DNA of 64,000 nucleotides, taken from the human T2T-CHM13v2.0 reference genome, Homo sapiens. The position numbers and the translations under genes are program-made. Under the pieces are notes generated by a model, which made no database searches, had not been told where the DNA came from, and was given only the letters and a program-made list of their open reading frames with translations. Positions 28,017 to 41,902 of the stretch are shown one piece after another; position 1 is the stretch's first letter, and each line of letters opens with the position of its first letter. Location: NCBI RefSeq assembly GCF_009914755.1, contig NC_060933.1. One strand, 5' to 3'.

Positions 28017-31000
28017 AGTACTTTTAGATGGTAGGGTCCAATCAGAAAAATCCGGGGAAATTCCACGTTTTGGGTCCTAAGGGATAGGCTGAAGAGGCAC
28101 GGCTTGGGCCGGGTACCAAGGAGAGGCATGGTGCCAGCCACTGGGCAGGTGTGGGCTGGCAGCTCCAGCTTACCCCTCACCTCTCCATGCCTGCCTCCTC
28201 TTAGAGGGGGCTGGTACCAGTCAGGGACTCCCAGACTTTCCAGAATTACAACAGCCCTATTTATTTGCTGTGGTGACACCTTCTCAACTGTGCTGTCTCT
28301 GATATTACAGAATGAAGTGGAATTTTAAAATGTAGGACACTGCCTGAGCCAACGGGTGGCCAGACTCACTCCCTGCAGCCACCCCCCGTGCCTGCTGAGG
28401 TGTGAGGCCCAAGGAGGCTCCGCAGCTGTGCTCCTCACTGTGAGGCTGGGTGCAAACACGCACTGCTTAAATCTTGTGCTCTGGACATAGACCACCTGCT
28501 CCCACCTTCTCCCTCATTCCCGAGCTGCTGGGTAGAGGAATCTCGAGGAACCCACATCTCCAGCTGAGTCATGCTGGCTTGGCTCCTGCCCCCACCCTTG
28601 CCCCATCCCCTCTTGCATCAAACGAGAGGAAAACCCACGCCTGCTCTTGCACTGGGGGCTGCGTGGGGTGGGGCTGGCAGGTGAAGGAGGCTCCGGGCTG
28701 GGAATCACAGCAGGGCCCATCCGCACTGTGCTCAGGCTCATTCCTCGGCCCCCACACCCACCCAGTTCACTGTCAAGCTTGGATTTTTGTTCAAAGAGTT
28801 TGGGGAAGGAAGCAGAGATGGCACCAGCATAGACCCATACCTGCTTCTGGAAGAAGGGGCCCAAGTCAACTGGCCTTTGCGGGTGCATCATTGCCAGTAG
28901 CCATGACAACTTCGTGGGACTCGCTGGTGAGCACTGGGCCATGCCTTGAACATATGCCACATCCTTCAATGCCCAGAGCAATCCCACAAGGACAGAGTCC
29001 TGTTACCCTACCGAGAGAGGAGGAGCCCAGGCACGAGGCCACACCACCCGCAAGCAATGTGGCGGGGTCGGCGCCCATGTCTGCCCAATTCCAGAGCCCT
29101 CCCCCATCTGCTGTGCCCTGGATTATGGCAGATGGGACAGCGCCTGGCTTCTGGGACGGGCAGTGCTGTGCCACCCCTCTAGAGATCACAGGACTCTCGA
29201 TGCGGTCCTGAGCACTCTGTGCGCCCTGGCTCACCTGGTCTTTGTGACAGCCCTAAAAGGCCCCGAAATTGTCCCTCATTTTCCTCCTAAGGAATCGGAA
29301 GCTCCGGGGCTAAGTGACAGGCTTGGCACACAGTTGTCAAGGGATAGACAGGATCTAAGCTGAGGCCTGAGGCCAAGGCTGACCTGACCTTCTCCCATGC
29401 AGGTCCTGACACCTGAGAGCAGAGCCGTGCAACCACAAAGCACCCCCACACGGCCTCTCCCTGCCAAGCCCTGCTTGGCAGGCTGGGCTCCACGGGCCTA
29501 AGCCACGGGGCTCCCAGCTGCTCGTGATGCTGGTGCAGTCTCTGGCTTGCAGGATGCACCTGCCCAAGGAGCTTGCTTTGTTACCTGCCACAGGGTGCTT
29601 CACCCTCCCAGTGGAGCCATGGCTTCTGCCTCAGTAATACTTCCTACGTAAAACTTTGGTTCTGGGGAGCCTCCAACCCTTCTGCTAGTAAAATCAGGCA
29701 AAGCTCCCACCGGCACGGAGCGTCCTCTCAGCAGGTCCAGCCAGCAAAAGCCAGAAGCCTCTTGGCTGTCCTGTCTCAGGGACCCCTCCAGCCTTGGCCA
29801 CAGCTGGCTGTACCCGACAGGACAGTGGAGTTCACCCTTTGGAGCCGAGGTCTGAAGCCAGCTCCCATTTCAGCCCCTCGCTGTGGACAAAAAGGAAATG
29901 AAAGTCGCTCCCATGCCTGGCTGAGTATGGAGCCCCCCATGTCAGGCAGGGAGGGGGATTCACTGCAGAGAAGCCAAGCAAGGGCTGCACTCGGCGCTCA
30001 GGATGCTGCTGATCACGCCCCCAGCACCGCTGACATGCGGGGCAGGTTTCACACTCCCTCACGTAATCCACACAACAACAGGCACCGTTCACCCCTTCAA
30101 CAAGTGGAGTCGGCTCAGGCCGAGAAGCCCGGGGACTGCCCAGGGGCCCTCTGAGCCTGTCATGGCACAGCTGGGGCTAGGATGCAGCATCGCCAGGTCT
30201 GGGCCCTGCCCTGGTCAGAACAAACAAAGGGTGAGGGAACAGTGAAGGGGAGGGCGGAGCAGTGGCTGCGGTGAGTTTGTGGGAGCCATCTCTTCTTTTT
30301 CTCTAATTTTCTGCAATGTAAATATTTTTTAGTACTACTTCCATAATTCAGAAATTCCCCGAGTCACTCTGGGTCACATGTTTTGGGAAACGTGCTGAGG
30401 AAACACAGGGACAGAGTCCCTTACAGAAATGAAACGGGTTGGGCTAGGATTTCAAGGTGGGGGTGTTTTCATTCCCTCCACAATTTACTTCACCATTGCT
30501 CTGACATCATCTTTTAAATCATTTTTTTAAACGTAAAAAGAGAAGCAGCGTGTGGAGAGACTGGCCGGCCAGGTGGTGCTGGCCCCTTGAGGGCAGGCAG
30601 TGAAGGGTGCTGTGGCCATGCCCCATCAGGTCACTAGCACCTCCTTTCCAGAGCATGACTGGGAATGACAACTCTTTTGCTAGCAGAGTCCACCCAACAA
30701 GACGTTTTAGGGATTAGGGGACGGTCCCTGCTTTTCCAGCCCTCTTAATCAGCACACTGAATGCGTGGTAGGGTGGGGCAGCTGTGTGCTGTGAAACTGA
30801 GGCCACTGCTACAGAATTGAAGGTTCCTGGACAGAACAAACCTTCAAGAATTTCCTCGTGGAGTATGTGAGTGAAGTCCGGTCTAATGGTCTGCAACAAT
30901 AGAGTGACTCAGCAGTCAGGAAAGGAATCAAAAGGTACCTGCATGTTATCTTAAGTTTAGTACTACTGGGTGACATGCCATCACTCAAGGCGCTGTCTGT

Positions 31001-31277
31001 GGTGCGCTTAGTATGCGCTGAGCCCCTCAAGGACCCTGGAGGCCCTGGGGTCACTACCTTGTACCAGCGGAGGACAGATGCCACGCACGCCTGGAGTTGA
31101 ACATGATCTACTTGTCTTCCAAGGTGGGCTCTCCCTGCTCTGACTCAGGCGCACCAGGACTGCTGATCAGACCTGCTCAGGGCTGTGGCTGCCAGGAGGG
31201 GACAGGATAGCGGTGGGAGGCCGAGTGGCACCCGGGGCAGGACCAGCCCCAATCTAGTGAGCTCACTGACACCCTAC

Positions 31278-31353
31278 CTTTCCTGTCAGTCTCAGTAGCA
31301 TGGACCAGTAAGATGTCCCCAGATCCTCCGCGGACGTCCGGCCCGTCATCACC
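31278..31353 (-). CDS. RAPGEF1: RAPGEF1 exon, 76 nt: GDDGPDVRGGSGDILLVHATETDRK (REM start)
   Basis: Acceptor ATTACAG|GGT, donor AAG|GTAGGG; phase 0 to 1. Confidence 0.95.
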
Positions 31354-33178
31354 CTGTAATGAACACAGCCAAGGAAGGTATGAGGCAGAGTATGCCCTTC
31401 AGAGAATCAGTTTAGGAAGAAACAGGCAGGAATGAGATGACAAAATGCCCTGCAACCCCAAGTCCCCTCTCCTTCTGTGCTCCTCGGCCCAGGAGCAGTG
31501 TGGCTGCGCTGCGAAGCCAGGGGTGCCCTCCAGACTCACCTTGTGCTTGGTGACAGGCACAAACTGGACTGTGTCTGGGAGCTGGATGGCCTGGGAGCTG
31601 CCCCGGCACCAAGGCACCAGGGCATGCCACTGTTTTGAGCACACAACTTGGGCCAGGGGACATAGCACCTTCCATCCTTCCTTGCTCACCAAACCACAAG
31701 TCAGAGGTGAGGTAGGACCCCCTGGGGGCAAGACAGTCCCCAGCCTTGCCCAGGATGCCTGTGGAGGCAGCAGGACTATTTCTAAGCATGTTCATGTTCC
31801 CCAAAACTGCAGCAAGCAGCCCTACATCTAAATCCGTCTCCCCAGGTGGAAGTAGAAGTTACTTGCATTGGCACAAGGTTCTTCTGTGGGGCCCTTCCTT
31901 AAAGGAGAGCAAAGCATTACAGACAGAAATATTCAATGACTTCTGACGCTGCACACCTGCCACCAACCCACCTGCCTCTTAAGAAGCAAGTCTTGCTTCC
32001 ATGTGGGCAAACAGAGGCCACCCAGCGTAGAGCCAAAAAGAGCTGTGACTAGGGCCAGGAACAGAGGTCCAGGACAACCCCCCAGGCCTGTTTCTGCCCC
32101 TGGCCCTCAATGCTCCTTGCTCTGTAACGCTGGAGGGACGGAACCAGCCCTCTCAGCTGCGGTACACACTCCGGGACTAGCCCACCTTTTTATTTTTAGG
32201 CTTTGGTATTTTACCTCCTGACTCCAGAGGCCTGAGATTGTCTTGGGTTTACCTCTAGGAGTAGGAACTATGCCTTTGACCTGATTTTAAGGAAGAAATT
32301 TATGGCAAGGATCTCTCTGCAGAGGAGCCCAGCTGTGTGAGTACCCTCATCAGCCCTGCCTGTGTGTGACAGCCCAAGGCGCAGACACATTCCTGGGCTG
32401 CTCCCTGCCATGGCCAGAGCCAGCGCATCCTTGCCTGGGAGTGCGCAAAGGGCAGTATCTGCCCTTTTGTCCATGTGTCATCAAATCGAAGCCCCAAAAC
32501 AGTTGCCTCCTGGTGCGGGCCAAGGCTGCTTTATGAAGCCGCTCCTTTGTACTTCTAGCACTGCACGGCAGGAGGGAGAGGCAGGGCACTCTCTGTCCTG
32601 CTTCCTCTCCACTGTCACAGGTTTGGGCCCTTTTTCACCAACGAGGTTCTGCAGGCAAGGCACAGGACCAGGGAATCCACAGTGTCCAGGCCTGAATTTT
32701 CTTTTCTTTTTTTTTAGAGATGGGTCTTGCTGTGTTGCCCAGGCTGGTCTTGAACGCCTGGACTCAAGCCATTCCCCTGCCTCTGTCTCCCAGACTGAAG
32801 CTACAGTGGAGCTATTTTTTCAACCACAGAAAAAGTTTCCCATTAGTGAGGGCCGGCCACATGCAGGCTCTGTCTGCAGAGCATTTACAGGGGTTCCATC
32901 TCCACACCCTCAGGAGTTCTGGCATCTTTAGCTAGAGAGGCTGCAGAACTTGACCTGTGTAAGATGACTTTCTATAAGCATCAGAAGGAGACAGCACACT
33001 TCCCCTGGAGTCTACCCCTCCAGAGCCCACAGCCCAGAGGCTCACCAGGGGCATTGAAAGACTTGGTCTCTAAGCCTCCTAGGGTTGTTCTGCTTATGAC
33101 AAGATCACACTCTTCTCTGCCCCACCTGCTCTCCTCTGTGGGGCCAGGCTGCAAAGCCCCAGCCCGGGAAGTTCTCAC

Positions 33179-33290
33179 CTCCTGCTTGAGCGTCAGCCTG
33201 GACATAATTTCGTTGTGGTCAATGAGGGACAGCTCGTCCACTTCCTCCTCCGACTGAGCCGACTCCAGAGCATCTGGTGACTTTGGGGCC
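33179..33290 (-). CDS. RAPGEF1: RAPGEF1 exon, 112 nt: APKSPDALES...SRLTLKQE
   Basis: Acceptor CCCGCAG|G, donor GAG|GTGAGA; phase 2 to 0. Confidence 0.95.
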
Positions 33291-33797
33291 CTGCGGGGAG
33301 AAGTGGTTTGTGTTGCAAGTGTCAAACCGGCTCAGCTCCCGATGCCTGGAGGCCAAGGCAGTGCCGGTGTGCACGGCTCGAAACCGCTCCCGGAACATGC
33401 CTGCCCCGATGGCAGCTACGTCACTATGGACTGGATCCTCAGCTCTGCTACTGACTGGCTGTGTGGCCATAGGACAGTCGCTGCTGCCTCTGGATGTTCC
33501 ATCTGTACACGGAAGTGATTCCGCTGGGAAAATAAAAAGGTTCCATTAAGCTGTTTGAGTGATGGTCTCAGCCACTCCCTGCCAAGGCCCACCGCACAGT
33601 TAGCATTTAGGGAGAGGAGGAGCTAAGGGGCAAGCAGAATGGGAGAGAAAGCTGCATTGCTCTTGAGGCTGCTCCCCAAGTCTTCTCCAAGGACCGACTT
33701 GCCACGGGACCCTTTGCTTGGCGCTAAGAAAGAGCTGTGAACCAAGCAGACATAGCCTCTTGTCCCTGAGGGTTCAGTCGAGCAGGAGACAGAATTT

Positions 33798-34402
33798 ATT
33801 TATTTGCTTTTTTTTTTTTTTTTGAGACGGAGTCTCGCTCTGTCACCCAGGCTGGAGTGCAGTGGTGCAATCTTGGCTCATCACAACCTCCACCTCCTGG
33901 GTTCAAGTGATTCTCCTGCCTCAGCCTCCTGAGTAGCTGGGATTACAGGCACATGCCACTACGTCCTGCTAATTTTTGTATTTTTAGTAGAGACAGGGAT
34001 TCACTATGTTGGTCAGGCTGGTCTCGAACTCCTGTCCTCGTGATCTGCCCAATTCGGCTTCCCAAAGTGCTGGGATTATAGGTGTGAGCCACCGTGCCCA
34101 GCCACTTATTTGTTTTTTTTTTTTGAGACAGAGTCTCCCTCTGTAGCCCAGGCTGGAGTGCAGTGGTGCGATCTTGGCTCACTGCAGCCCTGACCTCCTG
34201 GGCTCAAGCCATCCTCCCACCTTAGTCTCCCAAGTAGCGAGGACTACAGGCACAAGCCACCATGCCTGGATAATTCTGTTCATTGTAGGGATGAGGTCTC
34301 ACTATGTAGCTCAGGCTGGTCTTGATCTCCTGACTCATGTGATTCTCCTGCTTTGGCCTCTCAAAGTGTTAAGATTATAAGCATGAGCCACCGTGCCCAG
34401 TC
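33798..34402 (-). mobile_element. AluS inserted in the tail of an AluJ
   Basis: Two antisense dimers; ttatttg.ttt repeated at the junctions. Confidence 0.85.
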
Positions 34403-34816
34403 TTTTTTTTTTTTTTTTTGAGACAGAATTTTAAAACAAGTGGTCACAGTAGCACAGAGAAAGGGGAAGCCCAGAAGGGTACCATGAGCACAGCCAGGGG
34501 GTCTGGCCTCGTCTAAAGGTCGGGAGGCTTCTGGAATGGGATGGGTGAGCCGAGGCTTGCAGTACTGAGCCTAAGTTGCCGGCTGAAGGATGGGAGAGAA
34601 CATTTCCCACAAAGGGGAAGGTGGGACGGCCGGGGGTGTCCAAGATGAGTCTCCCAGCTTAGGGTGTTCTGGGGAGAGTGGAAGCTGGGCCTGCAGATAT
34701 GCCTGGCTTTCCCCTGGCATTTTCTTCCATGTTCCTCTATTTTATTCTGGCCCGTCTTGTGGTCATAGGTCACATTTTAACCCCAGGTATCTGAGATGTA
34801 AAAATATGTGCCTTTA

Positions 34817-35119
<303 letters not shown>

Positions 35120-35854
35120 TCAGTAAAAGAATATGGATGGGTCAGAGTGGGCCCTGCCCAGTCTCGAGAAAATCCCTGCTCCACATCTCGTCAATGTTCA
35201 CCCTGTGGTTTGGCCTTGATGGAGGGACAACATCCCATAATTATTTCTGAGCAGTCAAAGTGTTCATCCTTCTCTTTCACGAGAACCATCTGGAACTCTG
35301 AAGACGATACTTTGGGGTCCAGTGAAGCTAGTGGCATACCCACGAGCTGCATTTGCTTGGCCCACACACTCTGCCCCAGGTATTAACCTAGAAACCACAC
35401 CATTCCTGGCTTCACACCTGGGGAAAGCTCAGTCTGGGCAGACAAGTCAGAGAGACAAGTCAGAGAGCACAAGAGTGGCCAGGAGGCAGGCTGGGCAGGT
35501 GGCCCTCTTCAACAGGTCCCTATGCAATGCCTTCTCATTTCTTTTTCTTTCTTTTGCTATTTTTATTAACTGCCTCTTCAACCATTCATGTTGAGCCCTG
35601 ATAATGACAAGTGGGCACTCCCTTGCTCTAAGGTCACCAAAGACCCCAGAGGTGGCTAAAGCTTGACCTAAGGAGGGAGGAAAAGCTTGAACACATGGAA
35701 CATTTCATAGAGAAGGGGAAGTCAATGTGAAGTTGCAGGTGGGAGTGCCCATTTGCAGATCCTACACATCGTATTTCACAGGTGCATACTGGGGAAATCT
35801 ACTACGTATTTCTACACTTGGTCAGGTTTGGTTTATGCTAATATTGAAAAATGT

Positions 35855-36505
<651 letters not shown>

Positions 36506-36588
36506 TTATTAGTGATTTTTCTTGCTTTCTTGCAGTTTTCTATGCTTTTCAACAGTTTCTATCCTGAGCTTGTATTATTTGAGAATCA

Positions 36589-36902
<314 letters not shown>

Positions 36903-37039
36903 GAAATAAGGAAAGAAGGAAGAGTTTCAACTTGAAATACCCTCAGGCCTAGGGGCTAGCTGGGAGAGGCTGCTCAGGCAGCCTCATGAGTGGGCGCACT
37001 GCTCTCGGGGGACCCAGCTCCTCTGGGTCCACTTCCTAC

Positions 37040-37128
37040 CTCTCACTGCCGTCTCTGCTGTCCTTCCCAGGGACGCCGCTGACCGCTGAGGGATCTCTGG
37101 GATGTCCGTCTTTCCCAGCCGGTGGCTC
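37040..37128 (-). CDS. RAPGEF1: RAPGEF1 exon, 89 nt: EPPAGKDGHPRDPS...RDGSE(R)
   Basis: Acceptor CTTTCCAG|GAG, donor AG|GTAGGA; phase 0 to 2. Confidence 0.93.
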
Positions 37129-37479
37129 CTGGAAAGAGGAGTGGGTGCTGAGTTCTGGACAGGGGCCCTCTGCGGGGCTGCTCTGTCTTCCCAGCATTCC
37201 TGCCTGCAAGTGGCTGTGGAGTGCAAGTTCCTATGGAGCAATCTCAGATGTGAACAAATTAAAGATGAATGCCGTTAATCACAGGAAACACAAGCCCTCA
37301 AGACTAGCATGTGGCCTTTGGAGAAAGTGAAAGGTGCCACTATTTGTCTCATCTGTAAGCTGCCAACCTAGGCAAAGCCACCTCAACTACCTCCTCAAAG
37401 AAGACTGTCATAGCCACTCCCCCCGAGCACAGCCAGGGACTGGGCTCTAGGCTGTGCCCACTTCTCCTCATTTGACTTC

Positions 37480-37630
37480 GTCAGTGAGCTAACACCATCG
37501 TCCCCACTCCATGCATAGAAACAGAGGCCAGAAGTCAAGGACCCTGCTCAAGACCACACAGCTCATAAACAGCAGAGCTTGGATTTGAACCCAGGGCTAT
37601 CTACCTGCAAAGCCTGTGCCCTTAACCACT
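37480..37630 (-). mobile_element. MIR
   Basis: gaaacagaggc...cacacagct...ggatttgaacccagg. Confidence 0.7.
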
Positions 37631-38939
37631 GGGCCCTGCTGTCGTGAACCAAACTCTGCTGATTTAAAGAAGTCCTCAGGGCTGCAGTGCTCAACCGGGT
37701 TCAGTCCCCAAAGGGCCAGCTCTCAGGCCCTGGGGTGCCAGTCCCCTCTTCCTCCGGCAGACTTGCTTCCTCCTGGGTCCCTGGGCTGGCCCTACTCAGT
37801 GACAACATGGCCCGCCAACATCCCTGGTCTGCTGCTGAGCCTGATGGAGAACTGGGGCAGGACAAATACAGAAAGAGTGCTTCAAGGCAAGGAGCCAGTG
37901 AGCCCTGGAAGTGTCACAGTGGAGGGAGAGAGCCATGCGAAGCTGGCCTCTCCCTGCACGTGGACTTCACCATGGGGAGGCTGAGCCGGGGGGTGCCAGA
38001 TGCACATGTCAGCAGAGGAGACAGCTCCCATGGACTGGGTCAAATCCCACTGGAGTGGACACTCTTCAATGTTCTATAACCTGCTAATGTCTGAAACAGG
38101 GCTGGCTCTGGGTGGGCCTCTGAACCCCTGTGGGGACCCTGCTGAGAGAACCACCTGAACGGGTGTGACCAAGCTCTTCACGGGTGGGGGCCCGCCCTGG
38201 GGTGGATCACTGGGAGTCTTCCAGCCCTCATGGGCCTCCCTTCAAGGAACCTGTCCCACCTGGGCTCATGGGGGGAGCAATTTCTGAAGCTTTTGAACTT
38301 GCTCATGTTTGGCTGAAGCAAAATGTGGAAAGTGGATTGCTCAATAGAACTGCTGTACCGCGATGGTCGGGAGCTGGGGCAGCAGCATCACGAGGGTGCT
38401 GACGTCGGGTACCTTGTGGCTCCCTCAGGAGGGGGTGTGCATAGTCATGGCAGGGGCTATGGGCCAGACTCACCCGCTTCCTCAGAAGCAGTCAGTGTTG
38501 GAGCAATGGGACATGCTGGGGAGGGAGATGAAGGTCTGAAAGGCCCTATGGGAAGAAGAGTCCCTCCCTCTGCATGAGGGACAGAAGATGAAGCCAACAC
38601 CAGAAGATGAGGGAGGAAGGAACCCCACAGAGAGCACTAGATACACAGCCGGGGCCCGTGCCACGCTGGTCCCAGAGATTTCTAGATGACCCATCTGGCC
38701 AGGCTCTGAGGAGTGCCACACGCACTGAAGCAGGAGCAAAGGGCAGACCTCCACCTGGAAGCCACGTCCTCTCCAAAGGGCCGAGCTGGCTCCCAGCAGC
38801 CTGCAGGAGCCCAGTCTGCTGGTGACTAGGAGGGGGCTCAGCCCAACAGAAGCAGGTGCGGGGGAAGCGGCCTCGGGAGGGCAGGGCCCAAGCCCCACCA
38901 GGCCAGGCCACATGCAGGAGGCCGCCCGAGGTTACTTAC

Positions 38940-39032
38940 TCCTCGAGAGGGAGCCAGCTCCTCGCTGCTCTGGCCAGAGGAATACAGATTGACATATTCA
39001 CCCTCACCAGCTTCCTCACTGGCGTTTTCACT
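38940..39032 (-). CDS. RAPGEF1: RAPGEF1 cassette exon 3, 93 nt: SENASEEAGEGEYVNLYSSGQSSEELAPSRG
   Basis: Acceptor CTCCCCCAG|AGT, donor GGA|GTAAGT; 31 codons, phase 0-0. Confidence 0.85.
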
Positions 39033-39862
39033 CTGGGGGAGACAGGACGAGAGGAAAGACACATGGGCCAGGCCCTCCAGCCGGCCCTCACAGCTGGCCA
39101 GGGGATGCCACAGCCTGCACTCTGGTCTTCCCAGGTGCAGAGAGCAAAGCTGCTTTTGCCACCTCTTGCCTCTGTGCTAGAGGGGATCCAAGTCTCCTGC
39201 TGCTGCCCCTCCAATGGTGTCTGGGGCTAAATCATCCTGGAGAGATGGCCCCACTGTAGTGGAGACAGCAGGGGTCCCCAGTGTGGCGGGAAACGATTAT
39301 GGAGGGAGAGAAGCAACACATCAAGACAATCCCACATACTGGGGAGTGGGGTCCGCTGCCTGCACTTCCTCTGCCCCATGTACTTGTCTGCTCCAATCTG
39401 CAAGGCAGCATTTCTCTGAGTTGGACGAAGCGCTACAGGCACTTTAACAGGCTAGAGACCAGGCTTCTGTCATCGGCACCACATGCAACCAAACAGACAC
39501 TTGTCCTGAATCTGTCACCTCCACACTTGCAAAGGGCTTTGTACCTTTCCCTAAAAACAGACAAGTAAATGGAAAGCTAGTAGCATTTTGTATCTTATGC
39601 GTCTGATAAGTTCCTCTCTAAATGGCCACTAATCCATTTGTGGAAAATCAGATTCCTAGTTTGATAGAACTTTGTATAGAAGAGTCAGTTCTGTTCTGGA
39701 AACACATGGGCTCCCATTGCACCTTGTGACCCTCAGTAGCTGTCAGCTCAGCCATGCTGCCAGCAGGTGTGCGCTGGCAGCCCCCAACTGCTAGTAAAGG
39801 GGAGGCAGTGTCCTTCAGGAACGTGAAACCGCTTTTTAAAAAACGTGCAGCCCCATGTGCAG

Positions 39863-39863
<1 letters not shown>

Positions 39864-39893
<30 letters not shown>
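39864..39893. repeat. (GT)15 microsatellite; (CA)n in the pre-mRNA
   Basis: Direct observation. Confidence 0.95.
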
Positions 39894-39909
39894 CACGCTG
39901 AGTTCTCAC

Positions 39910-40167
39910 CGAGTCAGTGAAAGAGGTTTCGGAAGGAAGGCAGACAGTATTCCCATGAAAGCTGCTCTCCTGAGAAGCCGAGAGAGGCCCGTCCACGGTG
40001 CTGGGAGGTGGACCGGCCATGGTTGGCACGGCTAAGTCAGAGCTCTGAGACTGGTGGGCAGGTGGGAAATGTGGAGAGGAAGAGGAGGTAGGCGGAAGGA
40101 AAGGCGGAACGGAAGCTTGGTGGTGAGGCACGAAATCCTGGGAGTAGGACCTAAACACAGACTTATA
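39910..40167 (-). CDS. RAPGEF1: RAPGEF1 cassette exon 2, 258 nt: YKSVFRSYSQDFVPHH...SETSFTDS
   Basis: Acceptor TTCTGTAG|TAT after a strong pyrimidine tract, donor TCG|GTGAGA; 86 codons, phase 0-0, stop-free. Confidence 0.85.
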
Positions 40168-40769
40168 CTACAGAATCCAGGTGGAGAACAAACAAAAACG
40201 AGAATACAAGAAGAAAAGAGAAAAAGTAATTAGATTGGCAGTAGCTGAGCAGTGACAGGCCGTTCACAATAACTTAGTCTAACGGGCCACCAATCACGCC
40301 AAGCAACCCCCAGTCCTCAGGCCACTGTGATACCCACACCCAGCACCTCCTCCCTTGAGAAGGGCCCTGAGACTGGAGAGTGAACAGCGCTGTCCTCAGG
40401 GCTATCTAAACAGCATGACACAGAGAACGGCTCAAGTGGCCACATGCTCTGCTGGGACAGAAAATAAAACCTGCGTGGCCCATCGCTGTCTTGTCTGCTC
40501 AGGAACTTCGTGGCCAAATTCAATGTCATTGTAATTACTCATTTTGAATTTCTGGATGAATCTCTCAGGTTTTATTCCTTAAGAGTCAAACACTGCAACT
40601 TTTAAACATTGAAATCCACCTTGAATGCTTTTGGAAAGGAGCGGCACAAACCTTAAGCGTGGCTGGCAAGCTGCACTATGGAAATGCTAACGATGTCTGA
40701 GTCCATTTCTCTTCCTACCCCATTTTTTTCTTTCTTTCTTTCTTTTTTTTTTTTTTAACAAATGAAGTA

Positions 40770-41062
40770 GGCTGGGCATGGTGGCTCACACCTGCAGTCT
40801 CAGCTCTTTGGGAGGCCAAGGCAGGTGGATTGCTTGAGCCCAGGAGTTTGAGGCCAGCCTGGGCAACATGGCAAAACCCCATCTCTACAAAAAATACAAA
40901 AATGAGCTGGGGGTGGTGGTGAGTGCCTGCAGTTTTAGCTGCTCTGGAGGCTGAGATGGGAGGATCACTTGAGCCCAGAAGGCAGAGGTTGCAGTGAGGC
41001 AAGATCAAGTCACTGTACTCCAGGCTGGGTGACAAAGCAAGGTCCTGTCTCAAATAAAAACA
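40770..41062 (+). mobile_element. Alu (J-like)
   Basis: Consensus. Confidence 0.88.
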
Positions 41063-41626
41063 AATGTGATCTTACAACAGCTTTGATGCCACCTTGTAGC
41101 CACAAGGCTATACTCCCCCAGATGCTCATCAGAGAGGAAAGACACTGTGTTGAGAAGTGACAGCAAATCCCATGGCTTCTGGGGTCCAGTGAGCACCCCC
41201 GGCTGGGGCTCTGCTGCTGAAGGAGGGACAGAGGTGTTCCAGGACCTGGTCAGCAGCCACCACGTGGAGAGAATCTAATGATGTGATGTCATCGTGTCCT
41301 ACAAAGGCCTGCCATCATGCTGCTACCATCATGGGGAGCTGGGAGAGCGCTGTGGGGGTGGCCACGTCCAAAGTCCTTGCAGATATGGGTGAATGAATGA
41401 GTCACAAAATTAAACAAAACAAAGACCTTGCCGGGCTCACTGGCCCACTACAGAGGCAGGGACGTGAGGAAAGTCAAGCCCAGTGCAAATGTGCGTGCCA
41501 CTCGCTCAAACATTCTCTGTGTTTGCTGTGGCTGGGGATTTTCAGAACCCATGGAAAAGAGGAAGAAGAGGAAGAAAAATGAAGTTTTAAACTAACAAGA
41601 GGTCAAAGCCACTCATCCTTAAGTAG

Positions 41627-41902
41627 TTTTTTGTTTTCTCTTTTGAGACAGGGTCTCACTCTGTCACCCAGGCTCACTGCAGCCTCGACCTCCTGGGCTT
41701 AAACAATCCTCCCACCTCGGGTTCCTGAGTAGCTGGGACCACAGGTGCATGTCACCACAACCGGCTCACTTTTTGATTTTTTTGTAGAAACGGGGTCTTT
41801 CTATGTTGCCCAGGCTGGTCTTGAACTCCTGAGCTCAAATGATCTGCCCGCCTCAGTCTCCCAAAGTGCTGGGATTACAGTGATCAGCCACCATTCCTGG
41901 CC
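41627..41902 (-). mobile_element. Alu (J-like)
   Basis: Consensus with a small deletion. Confidence 0.85.

Noticed and set aside
28474-30154. 245-aa and 193-aa plus-strand intronic ORFs
   Set aside because: GC-rich intron, non-ATG starts, no homology or splice support.
30842-30890. 49-nt pseudo-exon (TTGCAG|...AAG|GTTTGT)
   Set aside because: Weak donor and an immediate stop; indistinguishable from background.
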